A DNA stretch of 64,000 bases from Gordius albopunctatus (lineage: Eukaryota). A program made the position numbers and the translations under genes. The stretch spans positions 4,340,001 through 4,404,000 of the forward strand of contig OZ193909.1 of the NCBI GenBank assembly GCA_964276515.1. The letters run 5' to 3'. Below the pieces are notes generated by a model, which ran no database searches, was not told the origin of the DNA, and saw only the letters and a list, made by a program, of their open reading frames with translations. Below, piece by piece: positions 13,401 to 26,595 of this stretch (position 1 is its first letter; each line of letters starts with the position of its first letter).

Positions 13401-16400
13401 ATCTGATAATATAAATAGTCGAGTTTGCACTTACAATACAATTTTCGAAAAAAATCATTCTCCAACGATATAATAGCTTGTGCTTGCCTTTGCGCAACTT
13501 AAATATCGTTATGTTTAATTAATCATGAAACAAATTTTCCTAATTATGAAATACTTTAAACTATTAGAATCTTTAAGTATATAAAAAATTGTATTAATTT
13601 ATTTTATTACCCTAGGTTCCGACTTTAATTATCTTTATAGGTGATTTCGTAACGCGTTTTCCAAAGTGGGGATATATTATTACAATAGCTAAAAGTAGCT
13701 AACTTTATTTGCGTTCGAGTTGTTTTGTTTTCCTTTAAAATTATGCATAATTTGCTTCCCTGATAAATTTTATCGATTTCTAAGTTATATGTTGCCCCCA
13801 GAATTTTCGAATAATTATGATGAGTGAGCTTCAAGGTGGAGGGAGTAGCGGCTGCTTCCCTCTAAATCCAAAAAGTTGACATTCATCCAAATTCTGGGTA
13901 AAATTTGGGAAAATCATCATTTTGCCCCTGCCTAAATAGTTATTGCCCCCCCCCTCAAATCCCAATGCTGGTTACGCCCGTCGCTTCAAGCATCACGAGA
14001 AAGAAGCAAAATTAAAGTTTAAAATATAATTATACAAAATATTATGAATGGGAGGATAAAATAAACGCGGAGCAAAAAATAGTGGGGCCAATTTTAAAAT
14101 TTGAGGGGGCAGACATTTTTGTTGCCTATTTTCAATTTCGTGCGTGAAAGTTATGTTATGCTTGTGCCATCATTTACGTCATCCGATATCGGAGCTTAGC
14201 TTTCTATGACGCATTTCAAAAGGCGTCATGTTATGATGCTACAGCAGACCCCCAGCCATCTCCAATTAAACGTCCGATCGATGGGACACAAAAATTTTCA
14301 ATGCTATTTTGTCACAAAATTCGAAGCTGCTCTCCTCTATCTATTTTCCCCATTTTATCCTTAAAATTTAGTTAGTTTTAGCATGTGTTTTTCGATTTTT
14401 CGCTTAAAGATTTAGAGAACGTAGTCAAATGCACGACTATGTAAAAGGTAAGATGAAAAATTGAAAAATAATAGCAAAATAGCTTTAAACATTTAAGTTA
14501 AAAGCAAAGATTCTGTCTTTCCTATGATATCTAGAGTTGTTAAATTGCTAACTTTCTTCAAACTCCAGACGCGAGCACGCACAATGAGTTACACTTAATA
14601 TGCGCGTTAGCACAATATGTGCTCGCTGTTTGGTGCACTAGGCAGAGCAGTAGCATAAAAAAATGCTCGAGGGCCGAGCAGAAACTCGAGCAGATGGTAG
14701 CTGGAGTTGAAGAAAGTTAGCAATATAACAACTCTAATTGATATCTATCATTTTTTCTCCAGTTTCATCGTAAGCACAGGCCTCGCCACTCCCTTTCTAG
14801 AAATCGGCCAAAATGGATTTGTTTCAACTCGTATCCGATCTGACCTAAGAAATTTTTTGATTATTAACTACGACCACCCCCCAAATCTTGAAATTTATAT
14901 TTAACAAATTTAAAAATTCAAAAACATTTCTTCGTCATCATAGCCCTATGACTATAAGTATTTTATCTTTGAGAAAAGATTCTGCAACTTTTTTCCGACT
15001 TACATCTAATGCCATTTTTGTAGATAGACGGTTGTAGAGGGGTTAACCCTGCTGACCTCAATTGTTCGACATAATGCTCCGCTTTCTTTAAATGCATATA
15101 TATATATATGTTTTTAACCCATTTAGGGTAGCAACAGTTAGTTTGTTTTTGGCTGACAACAAACACCACAGATAACTTTTCGTAAATTCGCGTGCGGTTT
15201 TTGCGCGGCTTTAGGTGTGTGTCTTAATAGCGATTTTGAATCTAGATTAAAAAAAGTTGAAACATAGACGCGTCTTGATACGAGCGTCACGTCATTTTTG
15301 ATGTTTTTTTGGGTTTTTGCTCATGAAACAAATATTTATCCCTAAATTACGCTTACTAATGCATATTCACATGGTAACTAAACTAAAATTTTGTTGATTC
15401 CCCGACACGTGTATATCGCATATTTGGGCAAAAAACAAAATATGACGCTTTGAAGTTGAATCGTGTATTATGATGACGGGGGTTTAGAGATGCAAACTTC
15501 AATACTTTCCGGGTCTCGTCTAAGACTTTACACATTCACGGGAATTTTTGCCTTTGTGGTGCGATTTTATGATTATTCGGAAGGTTATTACTTACTTATC
15601 ATCAGAGACCCACTCAATAAATTTAGATTTCGGGTGGGCACTATAACATGGTTCGGGCTATTTGGGTTTAATGAGATTTTTTGTATATAGTGTCTATTAT
15701 TTTGTCACTTTTATATTTGGTTGTTAACTCTTTACTAAATCTTAGTTCTTATCCAAATGAAAATGAAAACTATTTTGAAAATATAAGAAGTGATGTTGAA
15801 CAATTTTATAAATTCATCATTTCGGGCAGTGTGAAGGGTCGGATAGAGAAATTTGAAAGAAATCCTGCTCCCAATACTTATCTTAAATCTAGTTCGGTGA
15901 ATTTAAGCACATATTCACGCGTATAGTTTTTTGGGAAGTTTTTTTAACCGGTCATTTGTGTAAATTTTTCAAATCTGTGAAAAATTTTATGGACTCGTAG
16001 TTTTAGAAATTTTTGCTTTGTGGTACGAAATTTGGAAAGAATTAACCCCTCTTTTACCTAACTAAATGATCGCATCATATGAAAATTTTTGGGAGGGTAA
16101 AAACGTCCTCGTAGTTGAGATGGACGATCGCAGCAAAAACGTTATTATCTATGCAATTTTTTGAAATTTGATTGTGTGAAATCTTAGTTAGTTTTGGTTT
16201 TAGATTTGCCTCGAGACTGTTGTTAATAATTCTAAAATTCGGGATAGGTAAATCAAACTAAAGATTTCTCGGGTAATTTGAAGATCGGGGGTGAATGCTT
16301 GTGAACGTTCACACGATTTTGACTTGAAATTGAAACCTGATATCCTAACCTTTACGATGTCAGTTTTTAAATTGTTGATTACCTAAATGTCCTCTAGCCT

Positions 16401-19400
16401 ATAAAGTAGTTATTGTCGCTTATTAACTTATTCTCACATTTTTTGTGCCAAAATAAGATTCCTATCATGGAAATTAACGATCCAAGATCGGAACTAGAGG
16501 GGGGGGCAATATGATTTTAAAAAGGGTTTTAGAAATTTTAGCCATAATTATATCAAATTTTTGGATTTTGAGGGGGGCAGCCGCCCCTACCTGCCTCCCC
16601 TGGTGGTAGCTAAGCCCCTGATGCCCATATATAAAACATTAATCTAGCCGTATCAATAGTTTTGAAGGTTTGGACAGGGGTGAAAACAATTTATCACAAT
16701 TATCAAATATTTAAATGCTATTATCATATTTTTTCGTATCTTAATGGCGACCCTTTTGCAATATAATTTGCTCGTTACCTATCGTTATAGAATTTGAATT
16801 GGGAAGTGCTAAGAGAGCTGATTTATAGATATTTTAAACTTAAATTTTAATAGTGTGGGCGTCTGAGGATTTTATTTTTTAGTTGTCTTTTGTTGAGAGA
16901 TGACAACTTTCAATTTGACGGTAGCGGATTTTTGTGTTTTAACTAATATCTAGAAATCGGTAAGTGTACCCAACTCACGACTCTAGATCTACAGCACAAC
17001 GATCTCATCGACGTTACAGAGACGATCGGTAACCTCAAAAATCTCCAGCGACTGGGTTTGAAGTAATTATTATCCTCCTTAACATAGGCTTAGAAACGTA
17101 TAGCGCGTGGCTTTTAACGTGAAAAAAGTTGGAAAATTTTGTTAAGTTGTGAGGTTGTAAATTTTATAAAGATTCTACAATTTATGACTCTTGAAACTAA
17201 GGCTATTTATAGGTTAAAAATTAAGGTTTAAGATATAGGTTACGTTTCATTTTGGTAAGATGGGTAATCTTTTGAGTTTGTTTTCACTTAGAATTAATAA
17301 ATATGATATGACTTTTTTTTAAAGCTGAATATTGTCCACTAAAAATCGTGTCTTTTCTTGAATTGAAGTGAAGTTGGGCCAAAAGTGGCATTAATATGAT
17401 ACACAACTTATGGTTTATATTATATCTTATATGTGATTTTTGCGAGGGAATTTTCTGATGCCTTTTTCTCCTCCTTATTAAGATACAACTGCCTCAAAGA
17501 TATACCCGCTAGCCTGGAAAATTGCGTGAACATGGACGAATTTAACATAGAAGGCAACAACTTGTCCCAACTTCCCGTACATTCAAAACATAAATTATTG
17601 GCTATAAATCTTAATTTAAGGTTGACCCTTACGGGAGGGATATTTAAAAAATGTTTTCGATTATTTAGCTTGGGATCGACATTTTACAAATGACAATTAT
17701 ATCTAAATTCGCACTTTTTAGGAGGCCTTGCTGTGCAGGTTGAAAAATTTGGTGACCATCGTTTTGGCTCGCAATTACTTTGTTTCTTACCCCTCCGGTG
17801 GTCCGGCCCAGTTCCAAAGTGCCACGGTATATTTGAGCTTTAGGTGAATGTTGAAAATTCCCTCTTTTAACGCTCTGTGTCATTTAATATTATTAATGAG
17901 ACTTTCGGGAATTATAGCTCACGCCTGGATTTTGTTTGCTCGACCTTTGGTTTAAATAAGACTAACGATTGGCTCTGGTCTGCTTTTCAAATTTTGACTA
18001 AGCCTAGAGGTCGACTAAACATAATCAGACCAAAAAAGCATTGGTCTGATTATGTTTAGTCGACTAGGCCAAAGCCAGCCCCATTCTAACAACACCACAA
18101 ATAAATTTATTATTGTTAATTGGGGATATTATAAAGTGCCCCCTGTCAATATTATCCGTCTTCTATGTTTAGCTTAATTTAATTTCAAAACGACAACAAA
18201 TTAAAAGTAAAAATTTTTGAGAAACCTTTTATTTTTCTTTCCCCATCCTCGCATGCCTTTTACGATTGGGCTCCTCACTTTTAGCGATAAATTTTGTTTT
18301 AATCGTATAGTCGCTGAATATGGAGCACAACCTCGTGACGAAAATACCTTTCGGAATTTTTTCCCGGGCCCACCAACTCACCAAGCTGAATATGAAGGAT
18401 AACCAACTCACCTCTCTACCCTTGGGTAAATGAAAAATGAGCAAATGCGTTGAATTTCTTAAATCTCGAATAAACTCGAAACTTGCGGGGTTATACTTGA
18501 GCATCATTTAATTACCTTTGTCACTAACGTACGCAAATGGCTAAAACCAATTGAGCGGCTTATTTAGGGCTTTTAAATTGGATTTTGATTGTAAATTTGC
18601 AATTCGCTAGAGTAGTTGAGCCCTCATTTTAGCCGAAATTCTTGTCAGGCAACGCGTTTGTGTGTGTGTCTAAAATCAATTTCGGAAAACCATGGAGTCA
18701 GACCATTGAAATCTTCAGTCGGACGGAGTATATTTTTCCCAATATTCCAAATACTTAAATAAAGGTATAAGATTTATTTTAAGAAATTGCTTTAATTAAG
18801 GGTTCATATTAATTTCTTAAGTTACGACTCCAACACCCTTGCAAACTATATAATGCTTAAAATTTTGTATTAACGGTTTTATTACCACCCTACTTCAAGC
18901 TACCCTATTCGCTTCGACTATCCTTGAAGGGTTCTGGCCTAGAATATGGGTTGATCAAAGCCCTTTCGAAACACTGCGTTGTTAAGTTTAGATACGCGGT
19001 CGAATAAGGAATTTTGAATTTTTAGTAACAATTCCATATATATATATATATATGTTTTATTGTCAGACATCGGCTCCTGGACACAGCTGGTCGAGTTGAA
19101 TTTGGGTACGAATCAGCTGAGCAGGATTCCGGACGACATTCAAAAATTGGAAAATTTGCAAGTCCTCATTCTCAGCAATAACCTCCTTAAAGTAACAATT
19201 CGACGCGCGACACTTTGCCTTACACACGTTTAATTCTTGCCTAAGCCAAGCAAACATGTTTTCTTGATAAAGTTTATAGCTGATTTAAATTTCATTTTAG
19301 CGCATAACTTTGGCTTGGTTTGATTAGTTTTGAATTTTTACGCAGAAATTGCCGACGGCTATCGGTAACCTTAGCAAGTTGCGGGTGTTGGACGTGGAGG

Positions 19401-21474
19401 AAAACAAGCTAGAAAATCTTCCCACCGAAATCGGTAGTACATTTACTTGATTAAAATTCCATTATTAACTTATTCTTAAATTTGTAAATTTGCAGGTTTC
19501 TTGAAAGAACTTTCCAAACTCATCGTTCAATCGAATCAAATAACCGCTCTGCCTCGTTCCATAGGGTAACCCTTACTTTGGATTATGAACAGATACTTAT
19601 TTTATTTGAGTTTGACAATAATGGTTGACGTGTTTGAAGTTAAAAGGACATCGGTTAAAGTAGATTTGGTGAATTTAAAATCATTTATGGTCCATGTTTT
19701 TCTTGATGTTCATTAATTTGAAATTAAAACACTGTTTCACGGACTAGCCAGTATTTCAACTAGAGGGGAGCAATAATTCTTTGAGGAGGGGCAAAATTAG
19801 AATTTTTTGAAATTTAAGCCAAAATTATGTTACATTTTAGGAATTCGTGGATTTTAAAGAGGCTCCCTACCCTCCCCTGGCTACGCCCAGCACTGTTTAC
19901 TATTTTGTTTGGCAACGTTTTAAAATGTTTGCTCACTTATTTAGCACAATATTATGCCTGGGGCTATTCAATACAAAAATTCTTAAATCTAAAATGACCA
20001 AAAGGTTGGTTATTACACATGAAAAATTCCTTTGTAACAAAGGTATTACATAATCAAAGAAAAATGTAAAAATTATTCGCTGTATATCTTAGAAATTTGA
20101 CAAAGTTATCCTACCTGGGCGCCGGGGAAAATCAACTCACCTCCATACCCGAAGAAATCGGTAAATCACCTTTAATTATTTGCTGCAAAATTGTGAAACT
20201 TTTTTCTATGAGTCTTAAATTATTCTTAATACCATAAAGCTCTTATTTTAGTTGTTTAGGGCTTTCATCTTTAAAAAGTGCAAGCAATACCTCTTGTCAG
20301 AGACAAATAATACCCTGATTATAATATGTTACATCAAAGTTACAATCCCGATAGACAATGTCAAAGCCTCGTATAGCTTATACTAATCTTTCCCGCGTAT
20401 CGGCTAAATCCCTATAATTACCTACACCAACTATGAATTATTTCGGTCAGCTCATCTCTGACAACTTATTTAATGGTAGATTCGCTAATATTTGAGAGTT
20501 CGTAGCAGTACAAACAGATTTCAAAAAGGCGTTTAACCTAAGTCAAACTTAATTTAGGCCATTTAATTACAATTTGTTTAAGGAGTCATTTTATAATTGC
20601 AAATTAAACAAAATCGTTGTGCCTCTATGTAGCCTAATTGACGTACCCTTCATCCCTATTTCCAGCACATTCTCTCGATAATTTTGCAAAAATGTTTTGT
20701 TTATACGGAAATTCTAACATTCATACGCGACCAGGTAATTTGTGTAGCCTGGAGACGCTTTACATCAACGACAACCCCACTCTGCATAATTTACCGTTCG
20801 AATTGGCCCTGTGTGCCAACCTCCAAATTATGAGCATCGAAAATATTCCCCTAACAGGCATCCCCCCTGACATAGTGTTGGGTGGCCCGTCCGTCGTTAT
20901 ACAAGTACATTATGCCGATTTCACCTTTTTAAAGTCTCCCTTCATTTCATATTAGTAGCTATTAAAATGTGGGGAGCCAGTATATTAAATATTAATAAAT
21001 ACTTATGGAGACCTTTAAAAAATTTTTTCATTAAAAATCTTTGTTATGTGAAATCTATATATATGTGAAAAATATAAAACACGATAAATAAATAAATAAA
21101 ACGCGTGACTACTCTTCATCGAGGGCCAGGTGTCGGAAAATGCCTTATAATTGTATTTGGCTATTAATTTTGCAACTATCGGAAAAAAATCCAAAAAATA
21201 TCCACCTTATTTAATCATTTAAATGCTTAAAGGATTCAGGCAGCCAATTAGATAGATCTTAAAGAGTAACTTTAAACGTGAGTAATATGAAGGTTCCAAC
21301 AGTGCACACATAAATCTTAACTCGTTTATTATGTATTTTGTCAGTAACCATTATAATTTAGCGTTGAATATATTTTTTTAGTTATACCAAAACTTAAGTT
21401 ATTTTTAAATAATTTTATTTTGCGAACCAACGAAGTATCTGAAAATGCAAGGACCCTACCGTACTATGACCTGA
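10445..21474 (+). CDS. SHOC2: Leucine-rich repeat scaffold SHOC2/Sur-8/SOC-2 (RAS-RAF-PP1C pathway), 16 exons, 533 aa
   Basis: Exons 10445-10561, 10598-10666, 10706-10735, 10776-10961, 10996-11091, 12618-12738, 16954-17062, 17483-17576, 17722-17826, 18311-18425, 19067-19191, 19346-19433, 19496-19565, 20093-20160, 20735-20904, 21436-21474. All introns GT-AG; total 1602 nt, open. Diagnostic segments: [94 protein letters not shown] at 21841. Confidence 0.95.
12830..13160. repeat. Tandem duplication of a ~165-bp unit in SHOC2 intron 6
   Basis: ATCGCAACTCTTTAAT...TCTGTGAATGTGAG occurs twice, nearly identical; a (TG)n microsatellite lies just upstream at ~12779-12800. Confidence 0.9.
14532..14736. 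mobile_element. hAT-type MITE, family B (TAGAGTTG TIR)
   Basis: ~30-bp TIR TAGAGTTGTTAAATTGCTAACTTTCTTCAA; near-TSD ATGATATC/ATTGATATC; inverted copy at 60002-60204. Confidence 0.88.
19738..19890. mobile_element. hAT-type MITE, family A, in SHOC2 intron 13
   Basis: Same interior as 6759-6920; 8-bp TSD CACTGTTT (19730-19737 / 19891-19898). Confidence 0.85.
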
Positions 21475-22290
21475 TGCTTGTATCACCGTGACTACACATG
21501 GCCCTGGCTCATTTCTGTGGCTTCCAGCACATAAAATCGTGATATATCCATGTTACCAAGCTGTATTGACCTTTCAAACCGTCTTCGATTTTACAAAATT
21601 GCGTTAATTTCATCGTTTATTATACTATTTGTAAATATTTTATGTCACACCTATCGATCCGATTGTCTTCTACTTATCGTAAGGCCTGCCTCACGCTAGG
21701 ATTGTAATTAAATAGCGTTCGCGCTACAACACAGACGTATATTACGTTTTTTTATCGTTTTTAAGAATATTGAACTTACGCGTTACTCTACGAAGTTTTA
21801 CGATAACATTATAAGCTTGCGTAACCCAAACGATTATGGCAATAAATAAAGGATGTTAATTAAATGCTCTGTAATAAATTCAAAATTGCTCAGTAAATTA
21901 ACATTAAAATGCTTATATTTAAATTCATAATGCTCAGTATTTTTACTAAAATGTTCAGTAATTTAATTTTAAAATTTTTATCTATTTTATAAATAAAATT
22001 TTTATTGATATACGATTTTTTTATATATTAACAAAAAAGTCTTTTTTTAAACAATACTATGAATGCATAGTTACTAGTGTTGTAAAAAAAGCTAAGGTTT
22101 TTCTTAGTCGACTTTTAGGCTTAGTCGAAGTTTTAAAAACAAGCCATTTAGTTGTCTTCTTGTAAAGTGAACCTTTAAGCTATAAAATTTTTATAATAGA
22201 CCAAAGGTTATTCTAATTTATTAGACGACCTTTAGTTTGGTTTAGGTGTTTTCCGGTGTGTTCGACCTATATAAATTTTCATAATAGTCT

Positions 22291-22660
22291 ATTGTCACCA
22301 AGATTGGTTGACAAGTAGAGCTTTAATATTTGCAACAACTTTACGATACTCTTACCCAGCGAATTTTTGAAACTAATTTATTTGGCTTTATAAACGACAA
22401 ATATGGCAATTGTCACCAAGTAGGTTGACAAATTTATTTAAAAGAATCCAATGACACCTTAACACATCGATTTTCGTTTAAAGAAATGATCTACCTCTAT
22501 CAACGACAACTATGACAATTGTCACCAAGTTAGGTTGACAGATCTAATTTTTAAGTTTAAACTTATTTTATGACACCTTAATACATCGATTTTGGTTTAA
22601 AGAAATTATTAGCCCAATAAAAGATAATTATGAGAATTGTCACCAAGTTAAATTGACAAA
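22291..22660. repeat. Degenerate tandem repeat, ~110-118-bp period, 4 palindromic cores
   Basis: ATTGTCACCAAG-N-TTGACA at 22291, 22409, 22518 and 22636; intervening sequences are related to each other. Confidence 0.8.
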
Positions 22661-22999
22661 TCTAAATTTTCTACTTGAACATACAAAAATAGCCTCTATC
22701 TTTTTTATTAATCGAATACTTAAGGTCGCTGCAGTTATCTAGGGCAAATATTTTACATTAAAATGTTCGAATTTTATCCCTAGTTAACAATTAAAATCTA
22801 CTATTATTTTTAAACTTACATCATTTTTGTTGTTCTTTCAAAAATAATTTACTCCTCACCCCCCACCCTATATTAATTCCTAAGCTCTTTCCCCCCCCCC
22901 ACCCCCCATTCCTTCTGCAATAGTTAATTTTTCTTATAAATTGCATTCGCGCGATTTTCATTTTGCCGCAGTTAAAATCACATATTATGATTAAGAAAT

Positions 23000-25900
23000 T
23001 TTTTTTCCTATAGCTCTTTGTCACATTCAGTGGTCAGCTCCTTCAAGTAGGTTCTCCATGTATTCCTGCACTTACACCAGCTTTGCTTTAGTTCGTACCT
23101 TCTTAAGTCATATATATTTTATGCTTCCGTGTCAGTTTAGGCCTCCCTCTCTTTCGCTTACCCTCGACTTGCGTTTTCTTGATACGATTTGCTAAGTGAT
23201 TTTACTCCCGTCTCTCCAAATGGCCATACCATCTCAATCTTCTTACCGCCAACTTTCTCTGAATCGGAACTACATTTAGTTTATCCCTTATGTCTTGATT
23301 CCTTATATGGTCCTTTTTGCTTATTCCCAAGATCCATCTTAACATTTGCATCTCCATTGTAGCCAAGCTTTGCTCCTCTTTTGCCTTAATTGCCCAGGTT
23401 TCCGCTCCATACAATAACGGTGTTATATAATCGTCCTTTCAATCTGAGTGGTATGTGTTTGTCACATAGGACACCACTCAACTCCCTAAATTTTAGCCAG
23501 CCTGCGTTTATTCTTGCCTTAATTTCGTTTTCCACACCTCCATCACATTGTACCCTAGAACCAAGATATTTGAATTCCTTCCTACTGCTTAAACACCAGT
23601 CATCGATTTGCAGGTGTGTTTCTTTGTATTCATTCCCCGACTCCAAGCATACATATTTAGTTTTATCTCAGTTGACCCTAAGGCCTTTGCTTTCAATTCG
23701 CTGCATCCACACTTTTACCTGCTCTGCTAATTCCACATTTGAGCCTGCGCACAGGACGATATCATCCGCAAAGAGCATTGCCCAAGGTGATTCACGTTTC
23801 AGGTCCTTCGTTATCATATCCATTATTGTTACGAAGAGCAATGAACTTAGGGCCGATCCTTGATGCACACCGACATTTAGATTGAATCCCTTTGATGTAC
23901 CACTGGATGTTCGAACCTTGGTTTTTGCGTTTGTATACATATCCTTTATTAACATTATATAAGCGTCGGGTACACCATTTGAACTCAGGCTATCCCATAT
24001 CAACTGCCTTGGCACTTTGTCGAAAGCTTTCTCAAGATAGATGAAACACATATGAAGATCCTTTTGTTTTTCCTTATATGATTCCATAAGTCTTCTAAGA
24101 CCATGTTTTGCAAGTCGACTTTCCAGGTATGAATCCAAATGGTCGTTCATATTGAGATTATTTGTCAGAGTCTAACTTCTATAACCTTTTCTCACACCTT
24201 CATTACGTGACTCGTTAACTTTATCCCTCGATAGTTGTTGCATTCTTGTACATATTCCTTCAATTTATAGGTAGGTTTTTTTTTGTTAAAAAGTTTATTT
24301 TCAAGAAACAAAGTTACATTAATAAGCGAAATACAAAAATAAAGACATATTGGTTAAATACAAAGATCTATATCATTCTCTTCTAAAATGGGCCATGAGT
24401 CGGCAAAGGATTTAAAGTTGTATCGTGCAACAAGAATCCCTAGTTGTTGCCTGAGTAAAAATGACGCAGAAATTTTAGATTTCGGGGTGCGTTTTCCGAT
24501 TTCTTTAAAAAACCCCATTGTCTGTTTGCCAAAGGAACCGGAGCACGTGGCAACGACAGGGATAAAAAAATTGGATGCCAAAAGGGCAGAATACTTTGTA
24601 GTTTTACGCCCTTCTTCTGTAGCGATAGGGTCGTAATTAAAATGGGAAGGGGCAAAAAGGTCAATACAAGTAAAATCCCATTTGAGGGATAGGCCATTTT
24701 GCCAGGGGACTAGAGAAGAGCCGTCAGGGCGCATCCTACCTTCAAGGGAGGGATCGGACGGCTCAAGGATTGAGGGGATTTTGGCCTTTTTAAGGGCAGC
24801 TTGAATTAATAAATTAGCTTTAGTGTTCCTAACGTATTTATATTTGTTTGCTAGGCAGTGTAGAGGGTGCCTAGCATATTCGTCTACAACGGTAAGGCAG
24901 TTTTTACAGTTGAATTCTCTGCTGTAACTAATCCCCAACCTTAAAGCTATGGAATATGAAATCTCAAAGTCTTCAAGCAGCATTCCCAAAAGTTTGCTGG
25001 GATAGGCTTCAAGCCACTCGTGACCGGAACCGTCAAAAGCGAGGGACCTAAGGTTGTAATGCTGGCTATCATCGCTGCTCGATAAGAGGTAATCAACGGA
25101 GCGCGATACTAGTCCAGAATCCCAATCCTTTTGTCTCGTACTTTGAGGTTGGATGGTCTCGGGTGTGACATTCAAATTCCAAAGCTCCAAGGCTTGAGTT
25201 AGCAGGGGGTCGGAATCATGTTTTATGAGATTAAAAATTAAGTTTTGGACCGACTTAAAAGAGGAAATAAAAGCGGCTAGCGATATGCTGCCGGGAGGGC
25301 GAATTCCTAATCCTCCAGATTTGGTTGGGAGGGATGCTTGAATCCAATTGTTAGTATTAAATTTTAAATTTAAAATTTTTTCTAATAACGTTTTTAAAAA
25401 GCCTTCGTACGACTTTAAAACGTCTGGGTATAAAAATGCGCCAGATGAGCGAAAACAATGATTAATCTTTGAGATGTTAAAATAATAGCTTTCCCTCGAC
25501 TCATCAATCTTCATGCCACTTGCAAGTATTTTGTGAAACAGGTTTGCAAGTAGATATACACCTAAGTGTCCTAGCATTTTGAAAGCTTCCATAGGTATAT
25601 TATCAGGTCCCACCGCTCTACCCATGGTCATCTTTTTAAGCACCTGGTCAACTTCTTCTTCTGTCACTTCTAACCTGGGTCATATTCATAGTTCTTGCTT
25701 TCGCAGTGATCCGAAAACCCATTTTCACTGTTTAATAATTCTTTATAGTATTTTCCCTCACGATCTATGATTTGATGGTTCAGAGTTAGAGTGATACCTT
25801 CCTTGCTCTTTATAGTTTTTACGTTTACTACATTCTTTGAGTTCCTTGCTCTGGTCTTTGCGATTTTGTAGCTAATTCTTTCCCCTTCTTTACTAGTTAA

Positions 25901-26595
25901 CTTGGCATTCAAATTCTCGTAGACCTCTGTTTTTGCCTTGGCTACACAACGTTTTGCCTCATTTTTAGCTTTCACATAATTTCAATCGTGTTTCTTCATT
26001 TCTGTTGCCAACCCATAATTTGTAAGGCTTTCATCTTCGTTCCACTACCATGTCTCCTTATCTTTTTGCATACCTGGTTTACCTTCTCCTAGAACACATC
26101 TAGATACTGATCGTACCGTTTTAGCTATGTTATTCCACATATCTTTAGCGTTCTGCAGATCATCTATTTGCAGCCATTCAACTATTTGATAATTGTAAAT
26201 ATCTTTCAATTTTGGTAGCCGGAAGCATTTGATTTTCCCATTTAATCTCTTCGGCTTTTGTGTTTTCGCATTGGAGATAGTATAGTCCATCACAATAAGT
26301 CTATGCTGGGCTGCAATAGCCTTACCTGCTATGACCTTACAATCTCGTACATTCTTTAATTCCTTTCTTGGTATTAGGAGGAAGTCAATCTACGAAGACC
26401 GATTCCCACTTTTGTACGTTATTAGGTGATTTATATGTGATTTATATTCTTTTTTAAGAAGGTATTTGTGATGGCCAAATCAAATGCTACGGCTATTTTC
26501 AATATTTTGTTGCCTTTATTGTTTCTCGCGATGTATCCATTTCCACCATGGTACCGTTCAAATCCTTCTCTTGTTTTGCCTAAGTGGCCAGTCAT
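23000..26595 (-). mobile_element. Degenerate RTE-clade LINE (partial APE + RT) interrupted by a CRE-like insert
   Basis: APE remnants (HLGKTREGFERYHGG, TYKSG..IDFLLI); NYRGIKL; LEKAFDKVPR; VGVHQGSALS; MLFADDIVL; FKYLGS; YGAETW; RLRWYGHL. Many stops and frameshifts. Confidence 0.92.
24276..25484 (-). mobile_element. 5'-truncated CRE-like non-LTR retroposon with a restriction-like endonuclease (RLE), nested in the RTE
   Basis: WIQASLPTKSGGLGIR (end of RT), zinc knuckle CKNC...H..HC, RLE motifs EP..RPDG..WDFTC..EEGRKTTKY. Stop at 24354, AATAAA at 24294-24299, A9 tail at 24276-24284. The RTE frame resumes at PTYK...NYRGIK. Confidence 0.85.

Noticed and set aside
11943..16050. TTAACCC piggyBac-like ends (~11944, ~15045, ~15114, ~16042)
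   Set aside because: No pair forms matching TIRs in the correct orientation.
22291..22660. CRISPR-like repeat-spacer array
   Set aside because: Spacers are ~90 bp and homologous to each other, repeats are degenerate, there are no cas genes, and the context is eukaryotic.
24354..25667. 437-aa ORF as a host gene or domesticated nuclease
   Set aside because: Fully explained as a chance in-frame junction between RTE and CRE-like retroposon fragments.
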